This document shows positions 37,201-45,959 of a DNA stretch of 64,000 bases, piece after piece. The DNA comes from Felis catus (Eukaryota). The position numbers and the translations under genes were made by a program. Positions within the stretch are counted from its first letter, which is position 1. Each line of letters begins with the position of its first letter. The stretch covers positions 26,166,001 through 26,230,000 of the forward strand of contig NC_058383.1 of assembly GCF_018350175.1 (NCBI RefSeq), read 5' to 3'. The notes beneath the pieces were generated by a model. That model did no database searches. It was not told the DNA's origin and saw only the letters and a list, made by a program, of their open reading frames with translations.

Positions 37201-39599
37201 GTTAAAGGCATGATACCTTTGATGAGATTAACAACATGGTTTGGGGGAGCTGTGCAGACAACCAGCCTGGAATTCTGAGGACCCCAGGATGCAGAGACTC
37301 CTGGCCCCGTGCATTTACTCCAGCTGTCATTTGGCTGACGCCATCTGGTGGCGGTCACCTGATCTGGCCATTCTTGTCCTGTGGCCGTGGTATCTTCTAG
37401 AAGAGTTTCATTGATACCAGTGTTTCCAGTGGCCCTCATTTCCTCAGCCCTATCTGGGGAAATTGGACAGGAAACCACCTCCCCTTCATGGAATGGAATG
37501 AGTTGCCTACTCTTTTCCTGGGGGCTTGCTCTCCACTCCACTTGCTCCTCACCCCAAAGACAGTCATTTCAATCACCCCACTTTGAGATCTGGGACTACA
37601 TGGAAGATAGGAGCCAATTGCCAGTTGCTTTTATTCAAAAATGTATTATCCTAGGCTTGTTGTCCCTGGGGTTTACTATATTATCCCCATTTTACAGATG
37701 AGGAAACTGAGACGAGGGGGGTTCCACAGTGATTATCCACAGCCAGTGCATTCTATGCTGAGCTGACTTTCTGGACCATTTCCTTGTCTCTCCCTATCAT
37801 ATTCTATGTGCCAAGGGAACAGCAACAACTTTTAATATTAGCTTAAAAAGCAAGGCATGAATCAGTCTCTGCTACCACTGCCAACTCACAACCCCTCTGG
37901 GGCCATTTCTGATTGCCCTCTGCTTAGGATGAATGAGTTTTGTCTTTTTCTTTTTCCTTTTCCTTTCCTTTTCTCTTCGTTTCCTTCCTTCCTTCCTTCC
38001 TTCCTTCCTTCCTTCCTTCCTTCCTTCCTTCCTTCCTTCCTTCTATTCCTTTCTCCCTCCCTCTCTTTTTTTCCTTCCTTCTTTTCCTAACAACAGTAAA
38101 ACTGTCCTGGGCAAAATGGATCAGGTGGTTTTTCTAGTGGCCTTCAAATGGTGCAAAATCCCTACTGACCTCTCCACCTTGTGTTGCAGCCTCATTATGT
38201 TTTATTTCATCGCCCTTGCCGGAGCACACAAGCGGGTGGTGGTCCAGCTCCGAGAGCAGCTGTCCCTGGTAAGGAAGAGCAGGTCCAGAGGGTCATGGCT
38301 GGGGACCTTTACCCAGGACATCTAACAGAAAGTGGCACTTTTCCCAGGGAGAGGGTGGAATGCTGTGGCCCCGCTCACCACCACTTTCCTAAACTCTGCA
38401 TTCAGGCCGGGCCTTCCCCAGCGTCATTCATCCAGTCTTTCAACATGTGTATTGATCACTCCCTGCTCTTCACACTGTGCTGGGATACGGTGGTGATAAA
38501 GGGAGACAAGATTGCTAAATAGTTACAGATGGGGCGCCTGGGTGGCACAGTCGGTTAAGCGTCCGACTTCAGCCAGGTCACAATCTTGCGGTCCGTGAGT
38601 TCGAGCCCCGCGTCAGGCTCTGGGCTGATGACTCAGAGCCTGGAGCCTGTTTCCGATTCTGTGTCTCCCTCTCTCTCTGCCCCTCCCCCGTTCATGCTCT
38701 GTCTCTCTCTGTCCCAAAAAAAAATAAATAAACGTTGCAAAAAAATTAAAAAAAATAAATAAATAAATAGTTACAGAAAAAGTGATAAATTTCAATAGCA
38801 GTAACTGCCATGAAGAGAACACAGACAAGATGAGTGGCCATCTACTGCTGTCGATGGTGGCCCCTGAAGCCCACTTTGAGGAGGTGACATTGGAGCTGAG
38901 ACTTGAATGCTGTGGGAGGTCTTGGGGATGAGAGTAACAGGCAGAGGGGACAGTGAGGGCACCCCTGGGGCTGGAGGACGGTGGCTTATCAGCCGGGGTT
39001 ACAGCACAGTCTGAAGGCTCTGTTGAGAAGATTGAGTTTAATTCTGAGTGTGATGGGAAACCAGTGAAATGTGTTCAGTAGCAGTCTGGTGTACATTTCT
39101 TTTTAATGTTTATTTATTTTTGAGAGAGAAAGAAAGAGAATATGAGCAGGGGTAGGGCAGAGAGAGAGGGAGACAGAATCCGAAGCAGGCTCCAGGCTCT
39201 GAGCTGTCAGCACAGAGCCTAACGCAGGGCTTGAACCCACAAACTGCAAGATCGTGACCTGAGCTGAAGCCGGATGCTTTACCAACTGAGCCACCCAGGC
39301 GCCTCCTGATGTACATTTTTACAAGACTGTTGGCCACTTTGTCGACAAGGGGCCATGGAGGGGCAAGAGTGCCAGAGGCAGACCAGTTTGGAGGCCATTA
39401 CAACCATCCGGGGGTTAGGATCATTAACCGTGAGTCTGACAGGCAATTTATTGGTTGAAATGATGATACATGTATCCAAAAATATTGAATGTGCTCTTGC
39501 ACCCATCTCTGTCTTTAGGAAAGTCGTGACAAGCGTTATCTAATTCAGAAACTAACGGAAGCCCAGAGGGATATGAAGAACCGTCTAGACTGGCAGTGA
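1135..39599 (+). CDS. TMC7: TMC7 transmembrane channel-like protein 7; spliced CDS, exons 2-16 (5'-partial, exon 1 outside window)
   Basis: 15 GT-AG exons (2120 nt) join in frame: [24 protein letters not shown]...[13 protein letters not shown] (TMC signature)...[16 protein letters not shown]; matches recalled human TMC7 and its adjacency to COQ7. Confidence 0.97.
1552..1792 (-). mobile_element. CanSINE
   Basis: Antisense tail, (GA)n and head. Confidence 0.85.
2130..3042 (-). mobile_element. young felid-type L1, 5'-truncated (ORF2 C-terminus and 3'UTR)
   Basis: Minus ORFs ...RCWRGCGE...[13 protein letters not shown] / ...DRYHMFSL; T-rich tail at left; nested in an older L1 (about 1950-2110 and 3540-3870). 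Confidence 0.92.
3045..3538 (-). mobile_element. two tandem CanSINEs (about 3045-3268 and 3271-3538)
   Basis: Two antisense heads and tails; the second has an expanded (GA)n. Confidence 0.85.
3929..4137 (-). mobile_element. CanSINE just upstream of TMC7 exon 3
   Basis: TSD tgtcatgact at 3919-3928 and 4138-4147. Confidence 0.9.
4162..4310 (+). CDS. TMC7: TMC7 exon 3 (149 nt)
   Basis: atgcag|GAACATT...ATAGAAG|gtacca; [16 protein letters not shown]...DIRSIE. Confidence 0.95.
4845..5203 (-). mobile_element. MaLR (MLT1-like) solo LTR
   Basis: atactatagacagggtggc...cagaaatttattt...tatgaatttcaggg...cattccatagca resembles MLT1A/B. Confidence 0.65.
5556..5770 (+). mobile_element. CanSINE
   Basis: Head, (CT)n, tail. 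Confidence 0.85.
6466..6633 (+). CDS. TMC7: TMC7 exon 4 (168 nt)
   Basis: ttccag|GGAAG...ACGG|gtgagt; [22 protein letters not shown]... Confidence 0.95.
7334..7664 (+). mobile_element. old MaLR (MLT1-like) LTR
   Basis: tgtggcag... to ...ttgttacatagcaaaggtaactgataca terminus. Confidence 0.5.
7850..8130. repeat. CA/TA-rich low-complexity tract
   Basis: Degenerate acac/acat repeats. Confidence 0.6.
8201..8283 (+). CDS. TMC7: TMC7 exon 5 (83 nt)
   Basis: tcacag|ATGTT...GGCACT|gtaagt; [27 protein letters not shown]. Confidence 0.95.
8345..8553 (-). mobile_element. CanSINE
   Basis: Antisense copy flanked by aaataggttaa repeats. Confidence 0.88.
9150..9359 (+). mobile_element. MER20-like hAT MITE
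   Basis: cagtttttctcaacc...gtccctggcctctacc...tgacaatcaaaaatgtctc...gaaccact. Confidence 0.8.
9367..9924. mobile_element. cluster of three CanSINEs (9367-9476 +, 9517-9732 +, 9777-9924 -)
   Basis: Heads and tails; the first has TSD gaaccactcctttaga. Confidence 0.85.
11240..13195 (-). mobile_element. old L1 (L1M-type) 3' region interrupted by CanSINEs (12020-12258, 12313-12435)
   Basis: Degenerate ORF2 remnants ([25 protein letters not shown]). Confidence 0.8.
13217..13345. repeat. compound (GAAA)n-(GA)n-(GGAA)n microsatellite
   Basis: Seen directly; pure purine tract. Confidence 0.95.
13349..13565 (+). mobile_element. CanSINE
   Basis: Head, (CT)n, tail. Confidence 0.88.
13875..14020 (+). 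CDS. TMC7: TMC7 exon 6 (146 nt)
   Basis: tttcag|GGTTTT...GAAAAG|gtaaaa; [13 protein letters not shown]...LLWIVK. Confidence 0.95.
15538..15778 (-). mobile_element. young CanSINE
   Basis: CpG-rich; TSD gaggggccctcttt at 15524-15537 and 15781-15794. Confidence 0.93.
16898..17090 (+). mobile_element. CanSINE
   Basis: Head, (CT)n, tail. Confidence 0.88.
17664..17811 (+). CDS. TMC7: TMC7 exon 7 (148 nt)
   Basis: gctcag|GTCAGTG...CTCCGG|gtgagt; [29 protein letters not shown]...YELR. Confidence 0.95.
17969..18175 (+). mobile_element. CanSINE
   Basis: Flanked by agagctttccac repeats. Confidence 0.88.
18569..18800 (+). mobile_element. CanSINE
   Basis: Flanked by tttaaaggaa(c/t)ggcaca repeats. Confidence 0.88.
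19094..19267 (+). CDS. TMC7: TMC7 exon 8 (174 nt)
   Basis: cctcag|GCAGAT...AAAAAA|gtgagt; [16 protein letters not shown]...QEHMKK. Confidence 0.95.
19717..19932 (+). mobile_element. CanSINE
   Basis: Head, (CT)n, tail. Confidence 0.88.
20350..20576 (-). mobile_element. CanSINE
   Basis: Antisense copy. Confidence 0.88.
20906..21063 (+). CDS. TMC7: TMC7 exon 9 (158 nt)
   Basis: tcacag|GAAATT...CTTAG|gtaatg; [22 protein letters not shown]...EIRLTIL. Confidence 0.95.
21893..22106 (-). mobile_element. CanSINE
   Basis: Antisense copy. Confidence 0.88.
22790..22977 (-). mobile_element. CanSINE
   Basis: Flanked by cctcctgtctt repeats. Confidence 0.88.
23522..23639 (+). CDS. TMC7: TMC7 exon 10 (118 nt)
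   Basis: ctgcag|GTGTGTG...TACCCG|gtgagg; [14 protein letters not shown]...YNQKLYP. Confidence 0.95.
23915..24033 (-). mobile_element. short (older) CanSINE in TMC7 intron 10
   Basis: Antisense tRNA-like head with T tail. Confidence 0.7.
24070..24167 (+). CDS. TMC7: TMC7 exon 11 (98 nt), TMC signature
   Basis: ttccag|TGCTGG...AGAAA|gtaagc; [17 protein letters not shown]...DFPR. Confidence 0.96.
24650..25938. mobile_element. three CanSINEs (24650-24863 -, 25209-25425 +, 25703-25938 -)
   Basis: Heads and tails. Confidence 0.8.
26434..26620 (+). CDS. TMC7: TMC7 exon 12 (187 nt)
   Basis: ttccag|GCTCCTG...AAAGAG|gtaagg; [34 protein letters not shown]...YVKE. Confidence 0.95.
27128..27186. repeat. 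(TTA/TTG)n microsatellite
   Basis: Seen directly. Confidence 0.9.
27291..27532 (-). mobile_element. CanSINE
   Basis: TSD agccccacacttatt. Confidence 0.92.
28860..28990 (+). CDS. TMC7: TMC7 exon 13 (131 nt)
   Basis: ccttag|ATAAGT...GCACG|gtaaat; [23 protein letters not shown]...SMA. Confidence 0.95.
29535..29755 (+). mobile_element. MER58-like hAT MITE
   Basis: ttttctgtaaag...taaatatttaggctttgtgg...ccaataaaactttacttat. Confidence 0.7.
30252..30713. mobile_element. tail-to-tail CanSINE pair (30252-30460 +, 30493-30713 -)
   Basis: Inverted copies about 30 nt apart, each with a recognisable TSD. Confidence 0.9.
30850..32973 (-). mobile_element. young felid-type L1, 5'-truncated, about 2.1 kb (part of RT to 3'UTR)
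   Basis: ORF2 pieces: [11 protein letters not shown] (RT motif), MSILPKAIY..., ...CWWECKLV; disrupted by frameshifts/stops. Confidence 0.95.
33876..34345. mobile_element. head-to-head CanSINE pair (33876-34102 -, 34140-34345 +)
   Basis: Heads about 40 nt apart. Confidence 0.87.
34755..34910 (+). CDS. TMC7: TMC7 exon 14 (156 nt)
   Basis: ggcag|CGTCCC...ATCTG|gtgagt; [19 protein letters not shown]...VPFFMII. Confidence 0.95.
35393..35865. mobile_element. tail-to-tail CanSINE pair (35393-35607 +, 35620-35865 -)
   Basis: Inverted adjacent copies flanked by taaaatgc repeats. Confidence 0.88.
36064..37086 (+). mobile_element. MER82-like Tigger MITE, interrupted by an LTR
   Basis: TA-flanked cagtc...gattg termini; internal gcctacttgctaaaat, cccaagcgtagtgctgaagtg, ttagataagcttcattcaggcatg match recalled MER82. 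Confidence 0.75.
36235..36556 (-). mobile_element. MLT1A-like solo LTR nested in MER82
   Basis: tgtcttagtctg...catagca termini; TSD ggcat/tgcat. Confidence 0.8.
37336..37354 (-). promoter_or_regulatory. CTCF core motif (reverse)
   Basis: Minus strand CCGCCACCAGATGGCGTCA fits CCASYAGRKGGCR. Confidence 0.6.
37980..38042. repeat. (TTCC)n microsatellite
   Basis: About 15 perfect units inside a longer pyrimidine tract. Confidence 0.95.
38190..38268 (+). CDS. TMC7: TMC7 exon 15 (79 nt)
   Basis: ttgcag|CCTCATT...TCCCTG|gtaagg; [26 protein letters not shown]. Confidence 0.95.
38531..38764 (+). mobile_element. young CanSINE
   Basis: TSD aaatagttacaga at 38517-38529 and 38765-38777. Confidence 0.93.
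39096..39305 (-). mobile_element. CanSINE
   Basis: Flanked by tgtacattt repeats. Confidence 0.88.
39519..39599 (+). CDS. TMC7: TMC7 exon 16, coding part to TGA
   Basis: ctttag|GAAAGT...; [26 protein letters not shown]. Confidence 0.93.
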   Translation, partial: ESRDKRYLIQKLTEAQRDMKNRLDWQ

Positions 39600-40779
39600 G
39601 GATCCTACTGCATGTTGCTCAGAAGCTGACCTGCTGAGCCTACAGAGTCCACCTGGGTTTGGAGCAGAGATTTTAAAATATATTTTTCTGGAGTTGAGGT
39701 TTTTCCTGAAAGTAGCTCCATATTATGCAGCTGCAGTGGCTATAACCCACCCCTAATGTAACCCAGCCCCTCATTTTAGTGTCTTAGAAAGACCAGGTTC
39801 AAACCTGGTTTGCCTATAGACCAGCAGCTTGGTGACTCCCCCACAAAACTAACTTACTTAGCCGTTTAGGCTGATAGAACAAAATTTGAGGAGGAGAGCC
39901 CTTTTATGTTTTTCAAAGTGCATTTGTGTTGTCTTTTACAGTTAATTGTGGGAGTCATCCGTTCATGAGACTGGGCTTGTTCTTTTGAACCAGGTTCTGG
40001 AGTTTTAGGCTGAGAAGTGTTCCTTAAGAAGTAGTAATCCTTTTTAAATGGTTCCGAGACCTGATTTTTTTTTTTTCATGAAGAGAAATCCTTGAATTCA
40101 GATGTTTGAAACGGATGGTGGAAACATGGAGAGGGTGGCTGTATAAGTCCAGTTACCTGGTAGTAATATGAGAGAGAAGGTACCCAGCTTCCTCTCTGTG
40201 TGAAGCCATCCCTGCTGTGTGAATAAGGTTAAGTTTGGGGAGGAGGGGAATGCTGTGGATTGGGGGCCTTGATGTCTTAGTTCCTGGGTATTTTGTTGCT
40301 GCCTTATTACTCGGGGGTGGGGAGGTGCTCGGGGTTGGGGGGGAGCTGTCTCTAAGGTGCTGGGTATCCATAGGTCTTGAGTTCCCTTCTGGTCCTGAGT
40401 TCTGAGACTTAGCAGAGGGCCCTGGGTATCAAAATTAAGAGGCAAAGCTTGTCTTTCAAGTCTTCCAAATGCCATTTTCCTTCCTGCACTGAGGTCCCCA
40501 TTTCTCATGGACACTTCACATTTCAGAGCCAGGCTGGAAAGGGCAGTTGAGTGTGTGCATGGAGCACAGGGGGCCATGGTTTATGTGCGTAAGTGTTTGA
40601 GGATCACGGGTTGCAGCATCAGACCAGCCTGTGCAAGTGTCCCAGAGGACACTGAATGCTGGCATCTGCAATGCCGTATGTTCAGGGCTATTGTTTCCTT
40701 GTGCCTAAAATTTTAAGTTTTATTTTACATGATAGGCAGAGTACCGCTTAAGATTTCCGTTACAGCAAAAACCACATGC

Positions 40780-40785
40780 AATAAA
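40780..40785 (+). terminator. candidate proximal poly(A) signal AATAAA in TMC7 3'UTR
   Basis: AATAAA about 1.2 kb after the stop codon. Confidence 0.4.
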
Positions 40786-41370
40786 TACCTCATCATAAAC
40801 TTACATGGAATTGATAGCTCTGAACCTTTTAATAAGCCTAAATTATGGTTTCACGTAATCAGTTTGTGTCTTAATTATCTTCAGAATCTTTTTTAAAGTA
40901 CTGAGTTTTGTAACAGACCATCAGAGCCTTTCTTCTGTTGTTTTCCTTCCTTTCACAGGCTCTAAACCTTTCCTCAGGAGTAACCTGGAGTTTAAAGCTG
41001 GGTACCTGTTTTGGAAAGCCGTGCTCTGCTAAGAGTATTCCCATCCCCACCCCCAACCCGCCATTACTCAAAACGATGGACCCCTTGCTCTGAGGAGCAA
41101 AGTATGCTTTCCATAGTTTACACGTTTCTATATATTTGTCCCTTTGCCAGATCATTTTCTTGCTGTTCCCCAAAGTTACCATTAACATGTGATACTTTTG
41201 TACCTGTGAGACAAATGAGCTTTTCTGGCTAATAACTAGTATCACAGAATTTTGAGTAACCAAAAGTTCACTCTATCCTCACTTGAAAAAAATTCTAATT
41301 GTTGGTATTTTTACCTACTGCACTTATTTATATGTTTTTGCTTTCACCATGCTTCTGAGAACAGTCAAGT

Positions 41371-41432
41371 TTGTGTGTGTGTGTATGTGTGCGCGTGTGT
41401 GTGCACATGTGTGTGTACATATGTAAGTGTGT
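41371..41432. repeat. imperfect (TG)n in putative TMC7 3'UTR
   Basis: Seen directly. Confidence 0.85.
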
Positions 41433-41630
41433 GAGATGGAAACTCCATTTTCTTTCCCTGTTATAAAATTGATACTGAAGTATGCTAATATATTCATTTT
41501 GGTTAAATGCTGCTGATTTGCATACCTCTTACTTGAATGTTTTTATATATTTTGATAACTTTAATAACTTCAAGTGATGTCTGTATAATTGTTGAAGTAC
41601 AGGTCTAACAAATGTGCCTTAAAACTACTG

Positions 41631-41636
41631 ATTAAA
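41631..41636 (+). terminator. candidate distal TMC7 poly(A) signal ATTAAA
   Basis: ATTAAA followed by a GT/T-rich downstream element (tgtgtttgtgtatatt); SINE-free UTR-like sequence ends shortly after. Confidence 0.55.
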
Positions 41637-41769
41637 CAGTGTCTTGAAGGTTTTAAAATGTGTTTGTGTATATTTGAATTCCTGGAGGTTTCTTGTCAGC
41701 AATGAAGTGACTGTGGAAAACTAATAGTTTATAAAGTTGTTCTTTGCCTTTTCCTAGAATCACAGAAGT

Positions 41770-42743
41770 TTGTTTTTTTTGTTTTTTTTTTTTTTTAAGT
41801 TTATTTGTTTTGAGAGAGAGTGTGCACAGGGAAGGGGCAGAGAGAGAATCCCAATCAGGCTCCATGTTCAGCACAGAGCCCAGTGGGGCTCAATTCCCCC
41901 AACCATGAGGTCATGATCTGAGCTGAAGTCAACTGAGCCACCCAGGCGCCCCAAATGACAGAGGGTTTAATGCAGTCATCAGATGAGTGCTTTTAAGACT
42001 CCTTGGCTCTACTGAAGCCAGGAAGGAGTATGGGTATGTGTTTTAAACTAAAAACACATAAAATTATTTCAAGCACTCCTCTCCCAATCCTCCACCCCCC
42101 AGAGGGAACCACTGCTAATGTTTATTTTCTTTTCCCAGAAAATTATAATACGTATTCAAACAGATATATATGTGTGGTTGAATGCATGAAAAATGTATAT
42201 TTCTGAGCTGCTCCCTTTTTCCTCCTTAATAACATCTTGAAGATCTTTCCATATAAATAGCCACCTGTTCTTTTTAATAGCTACATAGCATCCCATTGTA
42301 TCAGTGTATACTTCCATAACGATATGTTCCTTGCTAGGTACTTTATTTTCCACTCACCAACACTGCCCTCCACCCTCTCCCGTTACAAACATGGGGAGTT
42401 TTAAAAGTCCCTCCAATCATGTCTCTGTTGTCTCCATTTCCCTGTTCTGCTCCATTCTCCTAAAGAAGGTTCTTGTTACTATTATTTTTTTTGCCTACAA
42501 AACAGGGCTTTATTGGAATTTAAAATTCTTAATTAAAAAAAATTTTTTAACATTTATTTATTTTTGAGCGACAGAGAGAGACAGAGCACAAGCAGGGGAG
42601 GGGCAGAGAGAGAGGGAGACACAGAATCTGAACCAGGATCCAGGCTCTGAGCTGTTAGCAGATGCGGGGCTTGAACTCACGAACCCTGAGAATCATGACC
42701 TTGAGCTGAAGTCGGACGCTTGACTGAGTCACCCAGATGCCCC
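41770..42743 (-). mobile_element. two CanSINEs (41770-41952, 42530-42743)
   Basis: Antisense copies. Confidence 0.8.
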
Positions 42744-42839
42744 TAAAATTCATAAATTTTTAAATCAAAGGAATAAAACTTAAAACAAAATAGATATATA
42801 TTTTTAATTTTCTATTATTTTTTATTCTTAGATTTTATT

Positions 42840-43800
42840 TCCAATTTTAATATAAATTCTAGTTAGTTAACATATAGTATAATACTGGTTTCAGGAGTAG
42901 AATTTAGTGATTCATCACTTATAATATGCAGTGCTCAACGCAGCAAGTGCCCTCCTTAATGCCCATCACCTATTTTAGCCCATCCCCCCCCCCACTCTAG
43001 CAACCTTCAGTTTGTTCTTTATAGTTAAAAGTCTCTTATGGTTTGCTTCTCTACCTTCTCCCCCTCCCCTGTGTTCATCTAGTTTGTTTCTTAAATTCCA
43101 CATATGAGTGAAATCATATGGTATTTGTCTTTCTCTGAATGACTTATTTTGCTTAGCATAATACACTCTGGCTCCAACCATATCATTGCAAATGGCAAGA
43201 TTTCATTCTTTTTGATGGCTGAGTAATATTCCATTATATATATATGTCCATTATATATAATATCCATTATATATATACATGTATACACATATACATATAC
43301 ACACACGATCTTTTTTTCAAAAAAAATTTTCAGGTTTATTTATTTTTGAGAGAGAGCGTGAAGAGGAGAGGGGCAGAGAGAGAGAGGGAGACACAGAATC
43401 CAAAGCAGGCTCCAGACCCTGAGCTGTCAGCACAGCCCGATGTGGAGCTCAAACTCATGAACCATGAGATCATCACCTGAGTTCAAGTCAGACGCTTAAC
43501 TGACTGAGCCACCCAGGTGCCCCAACACATCACATCTTCTTTATCCATTCATCAGTTGATGGACATTTGGGCACTTTCCAGAATTTGGCTGTTGTTGATA
43601 ATATTGCTATAAACATTGGGATGCATGTGCCCTTTCAAATCAGTATTTTTGTAGACTTTGGATAAATACCAAAGGCTATAAATCTGCTTAAATTGCTGGG
43701 TCGTAGGGTAGTCTGTTTTTTTAACTTTCTGAGGAAACTCCACACTGTTTTCCAGAATGGCGGCACCAGCTTGCATGCCCACCAACAATGCATCAGAGGG
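42840..43800 (-). mobile_element. carnivore L1 3' end with nested CanSINE (43310-43523)
   Basis: MEYYSAIKKNEILPFA...EKDKYHMISLICGI ORF2 C-terminus. Confidence 0.85.
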
Positions 43801-45099
43801 TTCCCCCAGATACACGTTCTTGTTCTTTATCAAGGCAGCCTTGCATGTTCTTGCAATCACAGAATATTCTCATCCCAGCAAAGAGAAGAATCCAGCTGGG
43901 CAAGTTTTTTGTTTGCATTAATTCTTAAGTTGGCAACATCTGATAGCAGCTACTCAGGAGTAAGTAATGATGAAGACAATCCATTTTGCCAGAGTGGAGC
44001 TGCAAGGTCTGATCCCTGGGAAGACAGGATTTCTGAATGTATCTTCTCTATATAGGGTATGGCTTTATTAGTAAATTCCATTTTCTGTATTTTCTCTCCA
44101 ACGCATGGGATGCTTGGGACCTGGGATGGCTTTGCTACTTGCTTCGTGTCTTCACCTTTCTGAGATAAAATTCCCTTTAAAATGGAAAATAATACATATA
44201 GTTACTTTTATTTTTGAGAATAGAGTTAGGGACTAATATACTTTCGCTTCCTGAAATTTTGTTTTCTCCTTATACTTGTTTGTTACAGAAAATATTGAGA
44301 ACACTGAAAGGTACAGAGAAAAAAATCACATATAAGCACCATTTATCGACATTCACTGCTAATCTTGCCAAATTCCTCTTAAGATAGAAAGCACGAAGGG
44401 AGGGAGGATGGGATGAAAAGAAAGAAAAAAAATGTTGGTATTCTTTTCACTTACCGTGTTATTTCATGTTATCAAAAGTTCTTTATAAACATTTCAATGG
44501 GCTACATAACATAAAGATGGGTCATAATTTCTAACATTCCTTTGCTGCTTAACATTTTGTTTTCAATTTTTCCTGACAATAACTTGGACTTCCATAAATT
44601 TTTGTCAATGTGGGATGGGATTACACTAAAGGTTTCATAAGAACGTTTTAGGGCTTTTGAGAGACAAGTTTACACTCAGCTTTACATAAGAATGTTACAT
44701 CATCCTCACACCAATTGCTTGGATTTAAAAAGCTATGGAATAGTTCGCCATAATTTATAATTATTGTACTGTGTTAGAAAAGTTTGAAACAACTGTATTA
44801 AATATTTTATTAAAATGTAAATTATATTAAATGTTTTATAACTTGGAAAAAATATATAGTTCAAGGGTGTAAAGTAGAAAGTGAAAGCCCCTTTCTTAAC
44901 AATCCCAACCCTCAGACGTTACTGAAATTAAATGTTTTGTTATATCTCCTTCCAGATACGCATCTTTGATTTTTTGCCTTCAAATATATATCCTACATTT
45001 GGAAAATTTCTGTTGGTTAGATCCCTTGACGTAGTCAGTGGATATGCATTATTTTAAAAATATTCCACAAAAATTTTTTGATAAAAATTTTTAAGTAGT

Positions 45100-45320
45100 G
45101 GGGCGCCTGGGTGGCTCAGACGATTAAGTGACCGACCTCGGCTCAGGTCATGATCTCACGGTCCGTGAGTTCAGGCCCTGCGTCGGGCTCTGTGCTGACA
45201 GCTCAGAGCCTGGAGCCTGTTTCAGATTCTGTGTCTCCCTCTCTCTGACCCTCCCCTGCTCATGCTGTCTCTCTCTGTCTCAAAAATAAATAAACGTTAA
45301 AAAAAAAAATTAAAAAAAAA
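45100..45320 (+). mobile_element. CanSINE
   Basis: Head, tail, aagtagt-ending TSD. Confidence 0.9.
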
Positions 45321-45959
45321 TTTTAAAGTAGTTTCAGGATCACAGAAAAATTGACAGGAAAGTGGAAATGACCCTTTGCCCCTACATGCATAGCCCGCCC
45401 CCCCCCCATTCTCAACATCCCCCCACCGGAGTGGTACATTTGCCAGAATTGATGAGCCTGCACGCACACATTGGGCATTCACTTTCAAAAGCATGATATG
45501 CGTTGCAAAATCTCCTTTTCCCCACCCCACACCCCTCAAAACAATTTGCATCAATAAAGATACACATCAACCGTAAAGTGGAGACAAACAACGAAACAAA
45601 AACCATGTTCTCTATACAAAACCTAAAATTAGAGAAAAAAACTAACAATTTAAGTCTAGCCGTTAGAACCATCACCTAGAGACACTATTGACCATGCGGT
45701 GAATTTAATTTCGTCCTGCAACTTCTACAAGTGGATGCAGGATGTGGGATACACATAGGGAAAACTCTCCTTCCATGCTGGTAAAACAGAAAGTACAACA
45801 GCTGTGACAATAAAGAGTTCCCTCTTGGTCCTCTTTCCCAGGAATTTACCCAGGCGGCATCCTCAACTCCCTAGTAACCCAAGTCTCCTTTAGAGTGATT
45901 GATGGTGATCATACCCAATATCTTCTTTTCCTTTGCCCTTTCCAACCAATCGAATGGAA

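Noticed and set aside
37933..38325. 130-aa ORF through the (TTCC)n tract and exon 15
   Set aside because: Open because of the microsatellite plus the real exon; canonical splice sites explain the coding part
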